45,251 nucleotides of DNA, taken from IMG/VR virus record IMGVR_UViG_3300005830_000058, positions 1 through 45,251 of that record; one strand, written 5' to 3'. This DNA comes from a virus. Both the position numbers and the translations under genes were made by a program. Below the pieces are notes generated by a model. That model worked only from the letters and a program-made list of their open reading frames with translations. It was not told the origin of the DNA and searched no databases. Shown here piece after piece: positions 1-8,472 of the stretch; within the stretch, counting starts at the first letter, position 1, and every line of letters starts with the position of its first letter.

Positions 1-120
1 CCGAAGAAGTAGAGCACTCCCTCTGGGTCTCGCGTCCAGGCGCGTCCGAACGCGATGCCGGTTTCGACGCTCACGTTGTCGAACTCGCCGCCCGCCATCG
101 GGTCCCCGGTCAGGCGCCAG
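1..120. repeat. Terminal overlap, copy 1. Exact duplicate of 45132..45251; a circular-closure overlap rather than a physical end.
   Basis: Compared block by block with the last two sequence lines. Both read ccgaagaagtagagcactcc...ggtccccggtcaggcgccag. The repeat lies inside an ORF that reads through the junction in frame. Confidence 0.95.
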
Positions 121-3100
121 ATCGAGCTGTCGCCCCCGAAGATCAGCATGTCGTCCGAGTACGGGATCAGCGCCGTCACGATGTCGGGCGCAAGCCCCGC
201 CTGGGCGAGGTTGCCAGAGACCGCCTGCGTCGAGAGCGGCGGCTCCACCCCGAAGTCCCAATCGAAGGCGTCCCCGAAGGCCGACATGGCCCAGTTCTGC
301 GGATCCGCGTCGCCGTTCGCGATCACCATGCGGTTGCGCCACGCAGCGAGCAGCTTGTACCGCTCGGGGATCTGCCCGATCGACGTGCCCACCCACTCGG
401 AGACCTTGTCCGTGATCGGGTCGTAGTAGCGGTAGGCGTTGCCGTCGGTGAAAAACGCCTTGCCCTGGAACGCCGCGACCGAGACAAGTGACGCATCGAC
501 CGCGAGCGCGTTGTTGCCACCACCGCCAGCGGGGAACGCGACCGTGGGGAACTTCTTGATGTCACCGTCAGCGACCCCGAGGTACACGATGTTGCGGTGC
601 TGCACCGTGGACGCGGCGAGCGCGGGGGCCACGAGGACCACCTTGTTCAGCGTCTTCGTGTCCGCTGCGGGTGAGCCGTCGTCGTTGCGCGTGCCGAGCC
701 AGACGTATTCCGCAAGGTCGTCGCCCGCGTAGGCGTCGTCGTACTCGGGATGCGGGCCCAGAGCGACCGCGTGCGCCTGCTGCTCGTCGGGCAGCGTGTA
801 GTACCCAAGCGCGAAGTACGCCGCCCCTGTGTCAGGTGCGACCACCACGAGCGACTGCTTCGGGGAGATGCTGGGCGCGTAGAACGGGATGTAGAGGTTG
901 TTGTTCTTGTCGACCGCTAGGCGCGGGTACTCGTACCCGAACTCCGTCGTCAGCGAGAGAACCGCCGCCGTCACCGTGTACGACGTACCTGAGTCCGTGA
1001 TCTGCACGTAGTAGTCGTACGACGGCCCGCCGCCCGAGTCCGGCCCCACGCTGTAGACGCGCTTCGAGGGGGCCGCAGCCACGCCCCAGCCCACTCCGCC
1101 GACCTGCGTCCCGCCCCCGACCGTCCACTTCCACTTGCCTGCGGCTGGTCCGAACTTCGAGACCATCGGGTACACGCCGCTCATCAGCGACGTGCTCCAC
1201 TCGGTCGGCTCGGCCTCGTCGTAGGTGTTGTCCTTCAGCGGTGGGCCGTCCGCGAGTTGGTGCGGATGCGGGTAGGCCGTCGTCAGCCCCGCCGTCCCGT
1301 TCGTCGTGGGCCCGTAGATGCTGTTCGCTTCGGATTCGTTGCCGTTGGTGCCGTTGCCGTAGTTCTCGGTGTTGAAGTCGCAGCCGCCAGCGGTGTAGCT
1401 CGCGGCGGACCCAGCGACCTTCCCGTCCTCGCCACCAGTCCCGTCATCGAGCAGGTGCGCGACGCCGTACTTCCACGCGAGGTATGCCTCGATCTTCTCC
1501 ACCTCGGTCGAAGTCGAGCTATCGAAGGTCCCGTCGGGCGCGGTCGGAGCGGTCTTGTCGGGGTAGAAGGGGTGCTGAACGACCCCCTTCGTACCGCCGT
1601 TCTCTTCGGGGTCTCCGTTGCTGTCGAAGTGCGTGCTGTCACGCAGGACGATCATCTCGTAGATCGTCCCCTTCATCGGCAGCCAGTTGCCGTTGCTCAG
1701 GGGGTTGCCAGCGTCGCCGTAGGGCTCGGTCGCGCGGGCGTCGTTCGCCTCGTCCGAGAGGTAGCCCAGCGTCGACTGTTCGCGCGTGACCCCCGAGTGC
1801 CCCTTGTAGATGTCGATCGGCGTCCCGTTCACGCGCCAGACCGACTTGTGCGGGCTCGTGACGCCGCCGCTGTTCACGATCGAGATGATCGCGACGTTCT
1901 GCGGGTTGCGGTAGTGGCCGTTGTGCGGCTGGTTCGCGTTCTGGGCCGTCGTGTACCCGCCCAAGTCCGTGTTCTCCGCCTCGTCGCTGTCGTCCGAGAA
2001 GTCGTTGTAGTTGATCTGCCCGAACTTGGCCGTGCCCTCGTCGGGGTCGAGCGACGCCTGGCGGTTCGCAACGATCGCGCGATACCAGAAGCTGTCTCCC
2101 CCAGCGTCGCTCCAGCCCTCGCTGTCCGAAGAGCCCACGCCGTCCCATATCTGGACCTGGTCGTTGTAAACCTCCTGGCTGAACACGCAGAACTTCTCGG
2201 TGCCGCTGTCCTCGAGCTCGACGAGCATGAAGAGCGCCGACATGTTGCCGAGGTAGCCCGGCAGGATCGTCGACTGGGACGAGGCCGCGCCGACATCCGT
2301 GCCGGCCCAGTTGCGGATCGAGAACATCCCCGCCGCGCCGTCGAAGCGCACGCCGGGCAGGCCCGCGAGGCCGCTCTCTAGGTACTCGGGCGCGCTCAGC
2401 TCGGTGTCGTAGCGGTCGGTCGTTCCCTCCTCGAAGTCCGGCCAGTGGCCCCCGTGGGCGTAGAGGTTGCGGAACTGTCCCGTGAGGTGCCCGGAGTGGC
2501 TCGTCCAGCGCAGGACGCGCTTCCCGTCGGGCGAAAGGTCGCCGACCCCCCCCAGGCTGTCAGCCTTCCACCAGCCCCAGATGCGCTGCTGGAACTTCGT
2601 GAGGTAGGTCGGGTTCCACATGTCGCTCTCGAGCACCGTGGGCGACAGCGTCACCTCCGACGGCGGCTTGCCCCGGTCCTCGTTCGCCGCCGACGCGATG
2701 TAGATCGAGCCCTCGAACGGCGCGTCCGTGCGCACGTCGATCCCATGCGCGGGGAACGGGATCGGGCGCTCGAACGCGAGCTCGGGCCCGGTCGTGTCGA
2801 TGAAGTCGTAGGCCGTGAGCCAGGCCCGGTTCTCCGTCGGCAGGTTCTGGGCCGTGTAGAGCCTCCCGTTGTAGGCCCGGATGTCCTCGACGTAGCGGTC
2901 CAGGTTGATCTGCCACTCATACGCGAGGAAGTTGTCCGGGCTGCGGACGTACTTCCAGATGCGGCCAAGGAGCTTGTTCTTGCCGCTCACGAGCTGGCCG
3001 CCCGACGACACGCCGACGAACACCTGGTCCAGGTCGTCCACCCAGAGTGCGCGGCAGAGGTGCTCGTCGTCCGCCACGGGCAGGCTGACGTGCCGCAGCT

Positions 3101-3488
3101 TCTGGCCCTTGGTGTTGTAGACCGTGAGCTCTGACAGTCCGTGCAGCGCGTACACGTTGCCCTGGCTGTCCGTCTTCACGTTCCAGCAGTCGCCCTCGGA
3201 CGGCAGCACCTTCGACGATGCGGTCTCGAGCTCGGGCGGGTCGTTGTCCTCGTACTCGATCTGATCGTTCGAGTACGTCACCTGCACCAGCGCCTTGACC
3301 GGCGCGTTGCCGAGCACGCCGTCCGAATACTTGCTCATCCCGGCGCGCTGACCGCCACGGATGCGACCCGTCACCTTGTCGATCGAGCGGACGTTCTGGC
3401 CGATCTGGGTGGTGTCGGGCTCCTGGTCTCCGTACGCGACGTTGTCGGACAGGCCCCGAACGGGGAAGGGGATGCGAACGCGGCCCAT
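1..3488 (-). CDS. 5' part (about 1162 codons) of a ~1403-aa virion protein split by the linearisation point. It has beta-propeller-like N- and C-terminal regions and a central LamG/ConA-like jelly-roll, and it sits in the position of the T7 gp12 nozzle.
   Basis: - The ATG at 3488..3486 overlaps the stop of the 708-aa ORF (ATGA).
- My manual translation starts MGRVRIPFPVRGLSDNVAYGDQEPD... and stays open down to position 1.
- No listed minus-strand ORF in 1..3488 uses this frame, as expected if the track dropped an edge-truncated ORF.
- The frame matches 44408..45229 across the 120-nt overlap (3488-98 is divisible by 3). Confidence 0.85.
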   Translation of the reverse strand, partial: MGRVRIPFPVRGLSDNVAYGDQEPDTTQIGQNVRSIDKVTGRIRGGQRAGMSKYSDGVLGNAPVKALVQVTYSNDQIEYEDNDPPELETASSKVLPSEGDCWNVKTDSQGNVYALHGLSELTVYNTKGQKLRHVSLPVADDEHLCRALWVDDLDQVFVGVSSGGQLVSGKNKLLGRIWKYVRSPDNFLAYEWQINLDRYVEDIRAYNGRLYTAQNLPTENRAWLTAYDFIDTTGPELAFERPIPFPAHGIDVRTDAPFEGSIYIASAANEDRGKPPSEVTLSPTVLESDMWNPTYLTKFQQRIWGWWKADSLGGVGDLSPDGKRVLRWTSHSGHLTGQFRNLYAHGGHWPDFEEGTTDRYDTELSAPEYLESGLAGLPGVRFDGAAGMFSIRNWAGTDVGAASSQSTILPGYLGNMSALFMLVELEDSGTEKFCVFSQEVYNDQVQIWDGVGSSDSEGWSDAGGDSFWYRAIVANRQASLDPDEGTAKFGQINYNDFSDDSDEAENTDLGGYTTAQNANQPHNGHYRNPQNVAIISIVNSGGVTSPHKSVWRVNGTPIDIYKGHSGVTREQSTLGYLSDEANDARATEPYGDAGNPLSNGNWLPMKGTIYEMIVLRDSTHFDSNGDPEENGGTKGVVQHPFYPDKTAPTAPDGTFDSSTSTEVEKIEAYLAWKYGVAHLLDDGTGGEDGKVAGSAASYTAGGCDFNTENYGNGTNGNESEANSIYGPTTNGTAGLTTAYPHPHQLADGPPLKDNTYDEAEPTEWSTSLMSGVYPMVSKFGPAAGKWKWTVGGGTQVGGVGWGVAAAPSKRVYSVGPDSGGGPSYDYYVQITDSGTSYTVTAAVLSLTTEFGYEYPRLAVDKNNNLYIPFYAPSISPKQSLVVVAPDTGAAYFALGYYTLPDEQQAHAVALGPHPEYDDAYAGDDLAEYVWLGTRNDDGSPAADTKTLNKVVLVAPALAASTVQHRNIVYLGVADGDIKKFPTVAFPAGGGGNNALAVDASLVSVAAFQGKAFFTDGNAYRYYDPITDKVSEWVGTSIGQIPERYKLLAAWRNRMVIANGDADPQNWAMSAFGDAFDWDFGVEPPLSTQAVSGNLAQAGLAPDIVTALIPYSDDMLIFGGDSSIWRLTGDPMAGGEFDNVSVETGIAFGRAWTRDPEGVLYFF

Positions 3489-5614
3489 CAGGAGGGCGCC
3501 TGCACGAGGTAGCCCCAGGCGCCGAGCCCGGGATGGATGTCAGCCATGTCCTGCACCGCGCCGCCGCGCAGCACGCCTCGAGTCGCCTGGATCTGGCTGT
3601 CCTGGCGCACGCAGCCCTTCATGGTCGGGCCCGCAAGCACGCGGCCCACGATCTCGGAGATGTGGCCCACCTTGCCGGGCCGCTCGTACCCCTCCGCGAC
3701 AGCGCGCAGGATCTCGATGTAGAGCGGCTCGATGAAGCGCGGGACGTTGATGTAGTCCGAGTCGAGCCGCATCTCCGCCCAACCCGAGCGGTAGTAGAGC
3801 GTCATCGCGCCTTCGCTGTCCGCGTCGGGCGTGGGCCAGATTTCCATGCGCGGGACGGGCGCTCCGCCGCCAGGGTCCTGCTGCTCCTGGACGATCGCCA
3901 CCCAGAAGTCGAGCGCGCCCACCACGATCGTCGTCGTGCGGAGCTGGAGAATCTCGTCCATCGACCCGATCGTGACCGTCTTCGTGAGGCTGTCGGTCAT
4001 GTAGACCGCGATCTCGCGGATGAAGTCGTCGGGCAGGTCGACGTAGCTCTGGCCGTTCACCAGGTCAAGCGTGGCCGAGCGGCCCTGCAAGTAGCGCCAC
4101 CCGTGCGCCGCGACCAGCCTGCGCCCCGCCTCGTTGATGAGCCGCATGGGCGATATCTGGCTCGCCGGCTGGCCCCCGAGCACGTGGTTGATGTGGCCCA
4201 TGCACTCGGTCACGGACAGCCCCGGCTTGATGACGACCGGCGGCAGCGCGAGGCGCGCGACCAGCCAGTCCACCTCGGCCGTGATGCGGTCGGTGACGTT
4301 GCCGGGCTCGAGGGTGGTGGCGTACTCGAGGCCCGTGTAGTCCGAGCTCAGGAGCGCCGCCGCAGCCGCCCGCGTGTTGTCGTCCACGACCAGGCGGCTG
4401 TAGCTCGTGTGGAAGAGCGCCGTCTCGATCTGGCGCAGCCGGCGCATGAGCGCGTAGCCCATGAGCGGGCTCTTGCGGTTGAGCGTGCGCGCCGCCGACG
4501 TGCCCGCCGCCGGGTCGAGCGTCGTCTCCGTGCTCGTGCCGTCCTTCACGAGCTTGGGGTAGACCGTCGTCGTGGACGTGTCCGCGCCCTCGTCGCCGTC
4601 GAGGATCACGTCGTCTGAAGCCGTGTCCGTGCCGAGCGATGTCGCGCTCGCCGAGCTCTGGTAGAGGTAGAACGCCGTCCCGCTCGAGTTCCTCGCACGC
4701 GCAGCGGCATCCTTGCCGAGCACGTGAAAGACGCTCATGTCGTACATGTCCTCGAGCTCGGCGTCCCCGAACTCGTCCGCCAGGAACGTCGCCGGGGTCG
4801 TGGCGTTCGCGAGGAACATGAAGTCCCCGTAGCCACCGTCGACCGCCTCGCCCATGTTCCCCGAGCCGCCCGTCAGCGCGAACATCGGCAGGTGCAACGC
4901 GGCCTGGCCGCAGTAGACGCCCTTGCAGCCGGCGGTCGACTGCTGGCGGAAGTCGGTCTTGCTCGGGTCGGCGAAGTCGGGCGAGGCTGCGATCCACGCG
5001 GCCATCGTCGCGCCGGCCACGCCGCCAGCGTCCCCGAGCTGCGCCCCAGCGCTCGCCCCGAGCGTCCAGCGCGTCGGGTCGATGCCGTACGTCGAGGCGT
5101 TGAAGAGTACGTTCTGGATCGCCCAGACGAACTCCTTGAAGCAGTTGGGCCGGTCGTCGTCCGACCAGCCATCGGTGTCCGCAGGGTCAGGCCCGCCGTT
5201 CGCCACGGTCACCTTACCGGGCGGGTGGACGATGCCGTCGCCGTCACCGCTCGTGGTCGTGTCAGAGGCCGACCAAGGGGCGGTCACGTCGACCACGACC
5301 ACCATGACTTCCCTGTCCAGCAGCGCGTAGAACTGCGGCTCGAGGATCAGGGTCGTCAGGTACTTCGGCGGCTGGGAGAGCTCGGGCGAGGGCCCGCCGA
5401 CGATCTGGTCGCCCGTGCCGGCGTCGATGTCGTCGGTCGTGATCCAGTTCGTGCAGCGCGTGACGATGTGGACCGGCCACCCGTTCACGGGCTGCGAGTA
5501 CCGCTCCGTGTCCGGCAGATAGACGTTGTACTGCCGACTCGTGACCGACGACGTGGTCGGGTAGTAGTCGATCTCGCGGTAGTCCGCCTTGTACCAGATC
5601 CCGTTGAACGTCAC
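3488..5614 (-). CDS. 708-aa virion structural protein in the position of the T7 gp11 adaptor. The N-terminal region looks like an alpha/beta hydrolase and the C-terminal ~240 aa looks like a connector/adaptor.
   Basis: - Listed ORF with a GTG start at 5614, preceded by GAGGTG.
- The string GIDPTRWTLGASAGAQLG contains GxSxG (Ser codon 5053..5051).
- It lies directly between the capsid genes and the nozzle-position gene. Confidence 0.75.
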   Translation of the reverse strand: MTFNGIWYKADYREIDYYPTTSSVTSRQYNVYLPDTERYSQPVNGWPVHIVTRCTNWITTDDIDAGTGDQIVGGPSPELSQPPKYLTTLILEPQFYALLDREVMVVVVDVTAPWSASDTTTSGDGDGIVHPPGKVTVANGGPDPADTDGWSDDDRPNCFKEFVWAIQNVLFNASTYGIDPTRWTLGASAGAQLGDAGGVAGATMAAWIAASPDFADPSKTDFRQQSTAGCKGVYCGQAALHLPMFALTGGSGNMGEAVDGGYGDFMFLANATTPATFLADEFGDAELEDMYDMSVFHVLGKDAAARARNSSGTAFYLYQSSASATSLGTDTASDDVILDGDEGADTSTTTVYPKLVKDGTSTETTLDPAAGTSAARTLNRKSPLMGYALMRRLRQIETALFHTSYSRLVVDDNTRAAAAALLSSDYTGLEYATTLEPGNVTDRITAEVDWLVARLALPPVVIKPGLSVTECMGHINHVLGGQPASQISPMRLINEAGRRLVAAHGWRYLQGRSATLDLVNGQSYVDLPDDFIREIAVYMTDSLTKTVTIGSMDEILQLRTTTIVVGALDFWVAIVQEQQDPGGGAPVPRMEIWPTPDADSEGAMTLYYRSGWAEMRLDSDYINVPRFIEPLYIEILRAVAEGYERPGKVGHISEIVGRVLAGPTMKGCVRQDSQIQATRGVLRGGAVQDMADIHPGLGAWGYLVQAPS

Positions 5615-5640
5615 CGATCACCTCGCCGAAGTTGGAAGGT

Positions 5641-5697
5641 GGGGGGGCGCCCGGGGCTCCACGACGGAGGATGGATCGTCGCGTCGGGCACCCCCCC
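5641..5697 (-). terminator. GC-rich compound stem-loop after the capsid/decoration genes. Candidate attenuating terminator or RNA-stability element.
   Basis: The arms 5641..5652 (gggggggcgccc) and 5686..5697 (gggcaccccccc) form 12 bp on the minus-strand RNA with one G-U pair; on the plus strand that pair would be a C-A mismatch. There is an inner 5-bp stem cgacg/cgtcg. No strong U-tract follows. Confidence 0.45.
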
Positions 5698-5708
5698 AGG
5701 GGGGCAGA

Positions 5709-6158
5709 TCAGGTGGCGGCGAAGTGGCCGAGACCCTCGATGCCGTTGAAGTAGCACATCGCGAGGCCGGCCCCGGTGGTCGCCACGAGGTTGACCGCGA
5801 CGGCCTTCTCGCCTGCGACGGCGATGTCCAGCGTCTCGGTTGCGTCGACGGCCAGGGTCAGGCCGATCGTGGTCGCGCCCTTCAAGAGGCACGTCGCGTA
5901 GCCGCGAACGAGGAACTTCCCCTCCGCCGTTGCGGAGTCCGGGATGTCCTCGAGCGCGACCGCGAAGAGCCCCAGCATGGGGTCCGCGACTGCGATCGCC
6001 GTGGTGAACGCGAGCGTGTTCGCGTCCACGATCAGCTTGCTGATCTGGAGGATGTCTCCAGCCACGATTGCTCCGCCGTATCCGTTCAGGAGCCGGACGG
6101 TGTGATTCCCTTCGAACAGGCCGAGGGACGGCCCTCCGAGTGCGGGTGCTTGTGCCAT
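5709..6158 (-). CDS. 149-aa beta-rich protein directly downstream of the major capsid gene. Possibly a head decoration or cement protein (resembles DUF2190 by eye).
   Basis: Listed ORF with a GAAGGA SD upstream of the ATG at 6158. The composition is Gly/Ala/Val/Thr-rich. The functional call rests on position. Confidence 0.6.
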   Translation of the reverse strand: MAQAPALGGPSLGLFEGNHTVRLLNGYGGAIVAGDILQISKLIVDANTLAFTTAIAVADPMLGLFAVALEDIPDSATAEGKFLVRGYATCLLKGATTIGLTLAVDATETLDIAVAGEKAVAVNLVATTGAGLAMCYFNGIEGLGHFAAT

Positions 6159-6185
6159 GTCTGTTTCCTTCTTCCCGCTTGGGGA

Positions 6186-7391
6186 TCAGTTGGTCGCCAG
6201 CGACGTGACGCCGTTGGCCGGGCTCACGATGAACTGGCGCTGCCAGGAGCGGCAGGGCAGGTTGAACCAGGTGTCCACGTACTTGACGTACGAGAACGGC
6301 TGGCGCGGGTGCGACATCGTCGGCGTCATGTCGGCGTAGACCGAGGAGTGCCACACCGGCAGCAGGTACTCGCCGTTGATGCCGTAGTAGCGCGGGCCGA
6401 TGTTGGCCGCCGTGCCCGAGTCCTGCGCCACGTAGCCCGTGGTCGCGGTCGGGTAGAGAGCCGCCTGGTCGAGCGAGGAGACGTAGATCACCTCCATGCC
6501 CGCGTAGTACAGGGTCTTGTAGTGCGGGTCGTTGTACGCCTCGCGCCACACGTTCTGCGCAGCACGCGCACCCTGCTGGTAGTTCGAGTAGCCCTCGAGA
6601 TCCGTCGCGATGAAGTGCGGGTGGCTCTTGGGCTCGCTGTACTGGGCGTGATCGGGGAGCTGCTCGAACTGCGCCTTCAGGTAGGCGTTGTCCATCGCGG
6701 TCCACAAGTCCCAGTCGTTTGCCATGTCGCTCGGCGGCGCTTGCAGGTAGGTCTCCTGCTGCGGGACGAGCTTCGCGCCAGCCCCCGTTGCCGCCGGCGT
6801 CAGCGTCTGCTTCGTGGTGAAGTTGTCGGTCGCGGTCGCGTGGTTCGCGATCAGGCCCGACGTCTCCTCGTTGATGTGGTACGGGATCGAGTAGGAGCGC
6901 GTCGCGGTCGCCACGCCCTCGCCCATCTCGCTCTTCTTCGGGAGCGTCCAGAGGGATGCCTCCATCCCCTTCCAGTAGCTCGTCCACATGCGCGCCTGGA
7001 TCTTGTCCCAGAAGCGCTTGTACGCGATCTTCTGGCTCGCGCGCGTGGCGCCCGCCGGGCTGTTGAGGATGACTTCGGGCTTAGTCCAGGCGCACTCGTC
7101 CTTGGCGAAGCGCCAGTCCACCTCCCACTGCTGCATCACCTGGGGGTTGCGCGGGGTGAAGTCCGCGTTCGTCTGGTAGAACTCGAACGTCGAGCTCTCA
7201 TCGGTCATCAGGAAGTCCTGAATCTTGTCGCCGCCCTGGCACACCTCGTTGAGGCCCTTGCCCTTCATGAAGCGGCGGATCAGGTTCGTGCGGTTCACCG
7301 CCTCGTTGACGAAGGTCCCCGGCTCAGTGAGCGTCGTGGGACCCGTGATGTCGACGAAGTCGGTGAACGCCTGGATGGTCGAGCCGGCCAT
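6186..7391 (-). CDS. Major capsid protein, 401 aa.
   Basis: Listed ORF. It follows the acidic scaffold gene and lies downstream of the portal, as in T7-like gene order. An AGAAGGA SD precedes it, and size and composition are typical of HK97-fold capsids. Confidence 0.75.
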   Translation of the reverse strand: MAGSTIQAFTDFVDITGPTTLTEPGTFVNEAVNRTNLIRRFMKGKGLNEVCQGGDKIQDFLMTDESSTFEFYQTNADFTPRNPQVMQQWEVDWRFAKDECAWTKPEVILNSPAGATRASQKIAYKRFWDKIQARMWTSYWKGMEASLWTLPKKSEMGEGVATATRSYSIPYHINEETSGLIANHATATDNFTTKQTLTPAATGAGAKLVPQQETYLQAPPSDMANDWDLWTAMDNAYLKAQFEQLPDHAQYSEPKSHPHFIATDLEGYSNYQQGARAAQNVWREAYNDPHYKTLYYAGMEVIYVSSLDQAALYPTATTGYVAQDSGTAANIGPRYYGINGEYLLPVWHSSVYADMTPTMSHPRQPFSYVKYVDTWFNLPCRSWQRQFIVSPANGVTSLATN

Positions 7392-7437
7392 TGTCTAGCG
7401 TCCTTCTGGTTGTCTACCGGGCCACTGCCCGGCGTTC

Positions 7438-8472
7438 TCAAGCGCCTGCGACTCGCCGGGCTTCGTCCACGCGACCGTCCAAGACCGCATCGAGGATCGC
7501 GTCTGTACGCTGGTCCTTCGTGAGCGGGCGTTCCCGCCGGGTCTTGGGCACGTTCCCGTTGAACTGGCCCGACGAGCGCGCTCGGCTTTCTTGCCGCGCA
7601 CGCTCACGACGGTCTGAATCGCGGCGATCCTCGGGGCGGCCCAGCACGGCTCGAGCGGCGTCGTCCCAGGCATCAGCCTCGGACTCGTATCCACCGCCTC
7701 GCCAGAACCGGGCAGCCTTGTCGGTCACCTTGCTCCAGGCATCGTTGTCGCTGAGTCCGGGGAAACGCTCCCCGAGCTCGGTGCGGGTCTTCTCGAGCAT
7801 CACGGGCAGCAGCATCTGGCGCAGACCTTCGATCTGCTGAACCAGAGGGCTCGCCACCCGCTCGAGGGCCCCGCGTAGCGCCGTACCGGCATCTGCTCCG
7901 AACTCCTCAGCGAAGGGTTCGACGGCGGACGAGAAATCCAGCGGTGAGGGTTGGTCTGACGTTGGCTCGACCGTGTGTTCGGACGCGCCAGACTCCTCGG
8001 TGCCTTCTCGTGCCGACTCCTTCTTGCGGAGCTCTTGCAGCTCGCGATACGCCGCATCCGTGTCGGACTGAACCTTCGCGCGCTTGAGACCCAATTCGAG
8101 GATCTGCTCGTCGCTCAGGTTGTCCAGCAAAGCCTTCGAGAGCCCGTCGCGACGAAGTGCGGAGAGGGCCCGCTCAAGGTCCCCCTCCGCATCAGCTCGC
8201 TCGGGACTCTCAGGTGCTTCCCCGTCGGCCGAGTCGCCGTCGGGTTGCTCTTCGGGCTCGGGCTCTTCGTCGGGAGCCTCCTTGGGCGCCTCTTCGGCGG
8301 CCTCGTCGCCCTCGACATCCTCCTCGTGCTCGCTCGTGGCCCATGCGGGCTCGTCGTCGTCGCCCGCTCCCAAGACCCGGTCGAGCGCGGCGTCGCGGCG
8401 CGCGTCGGCTTCGGCGCTCACGGTCTGCGTGATATCCGCGCCCAGGATCCCCTTGCCCACTTCCTCGGTCAT
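7438..8472 (-). CDS. Scaffolding protein (about 344 aa, strongly acidic and helical).
   Basis: The listed ORF is 7438..8508. I prefer the ATG at 8472..8470 (MTEEVGKG...), which overlaps the stop of the upstream 242-aa ORF as ATGA. It contains a long Asp/Glu-rich tract and lies between the portal and the capsid. Confidence 0.7.
   Translation of the reverse strand: MTEEVGKGILGADITQTVSAEADARRDAALDRVLGAGDDDEPAWATSEHEEDVEGDEAAEEAPKEAPDEEPEPEEQPDGDSADGEAPESPERADAEGDLERALSALRRDGLSKALLDNLSDEQILELGLKRAKVQSDTDAAYRELQELRKKESAREGTEESGASEHTVEPTSDQPSPLDFSSAVEPFAEEFGADAGTALRGALERVASPLVQQIEGLRQMLLPVMLEKTRTELGERFPGLSDNDAWSKVTDKAARFWRGGGYESEADAWDDAARAVLGRPEDRRDSDRRERARQESRARSSGQFNGNVPKTRRERPLTKDQRTDAILDAVLDGRVDEARRVAGA

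Noticed and set aside
1-120. The terminal repeat as a genuine T7-style direct terminal repeat.
   Set aside because: It lies within a coding sequence that continues in frame across the junction, and it has the look of an assembler overlap. Physical ends cannot be inferred from it.
1257-3134. Long plus-strand ORFs 1257..2381 (374 aa) and 2445..3134 (229 aa), plus the short minus-strand ORFs listed in 323..2968.
   Set aside because: They are Arg/Val/Ala/Pro-rich with no protein-like motifs, and they lie antisense to or out of frame with the continuous junction-spanning ORF. These are typical high-GC shadow ORFs.
5589-7523. 644-aa plus-strand ORF and 458-aa minus-strand ORF (5611..6987) overlapping the capsid region.
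   Set aside because: Their composition is dominated by Arg/Gly/Asp/Val runs. The 401-aa and 149-aa ORFs in the other frame have protein-like sequence, SD sites and syntenic positions.
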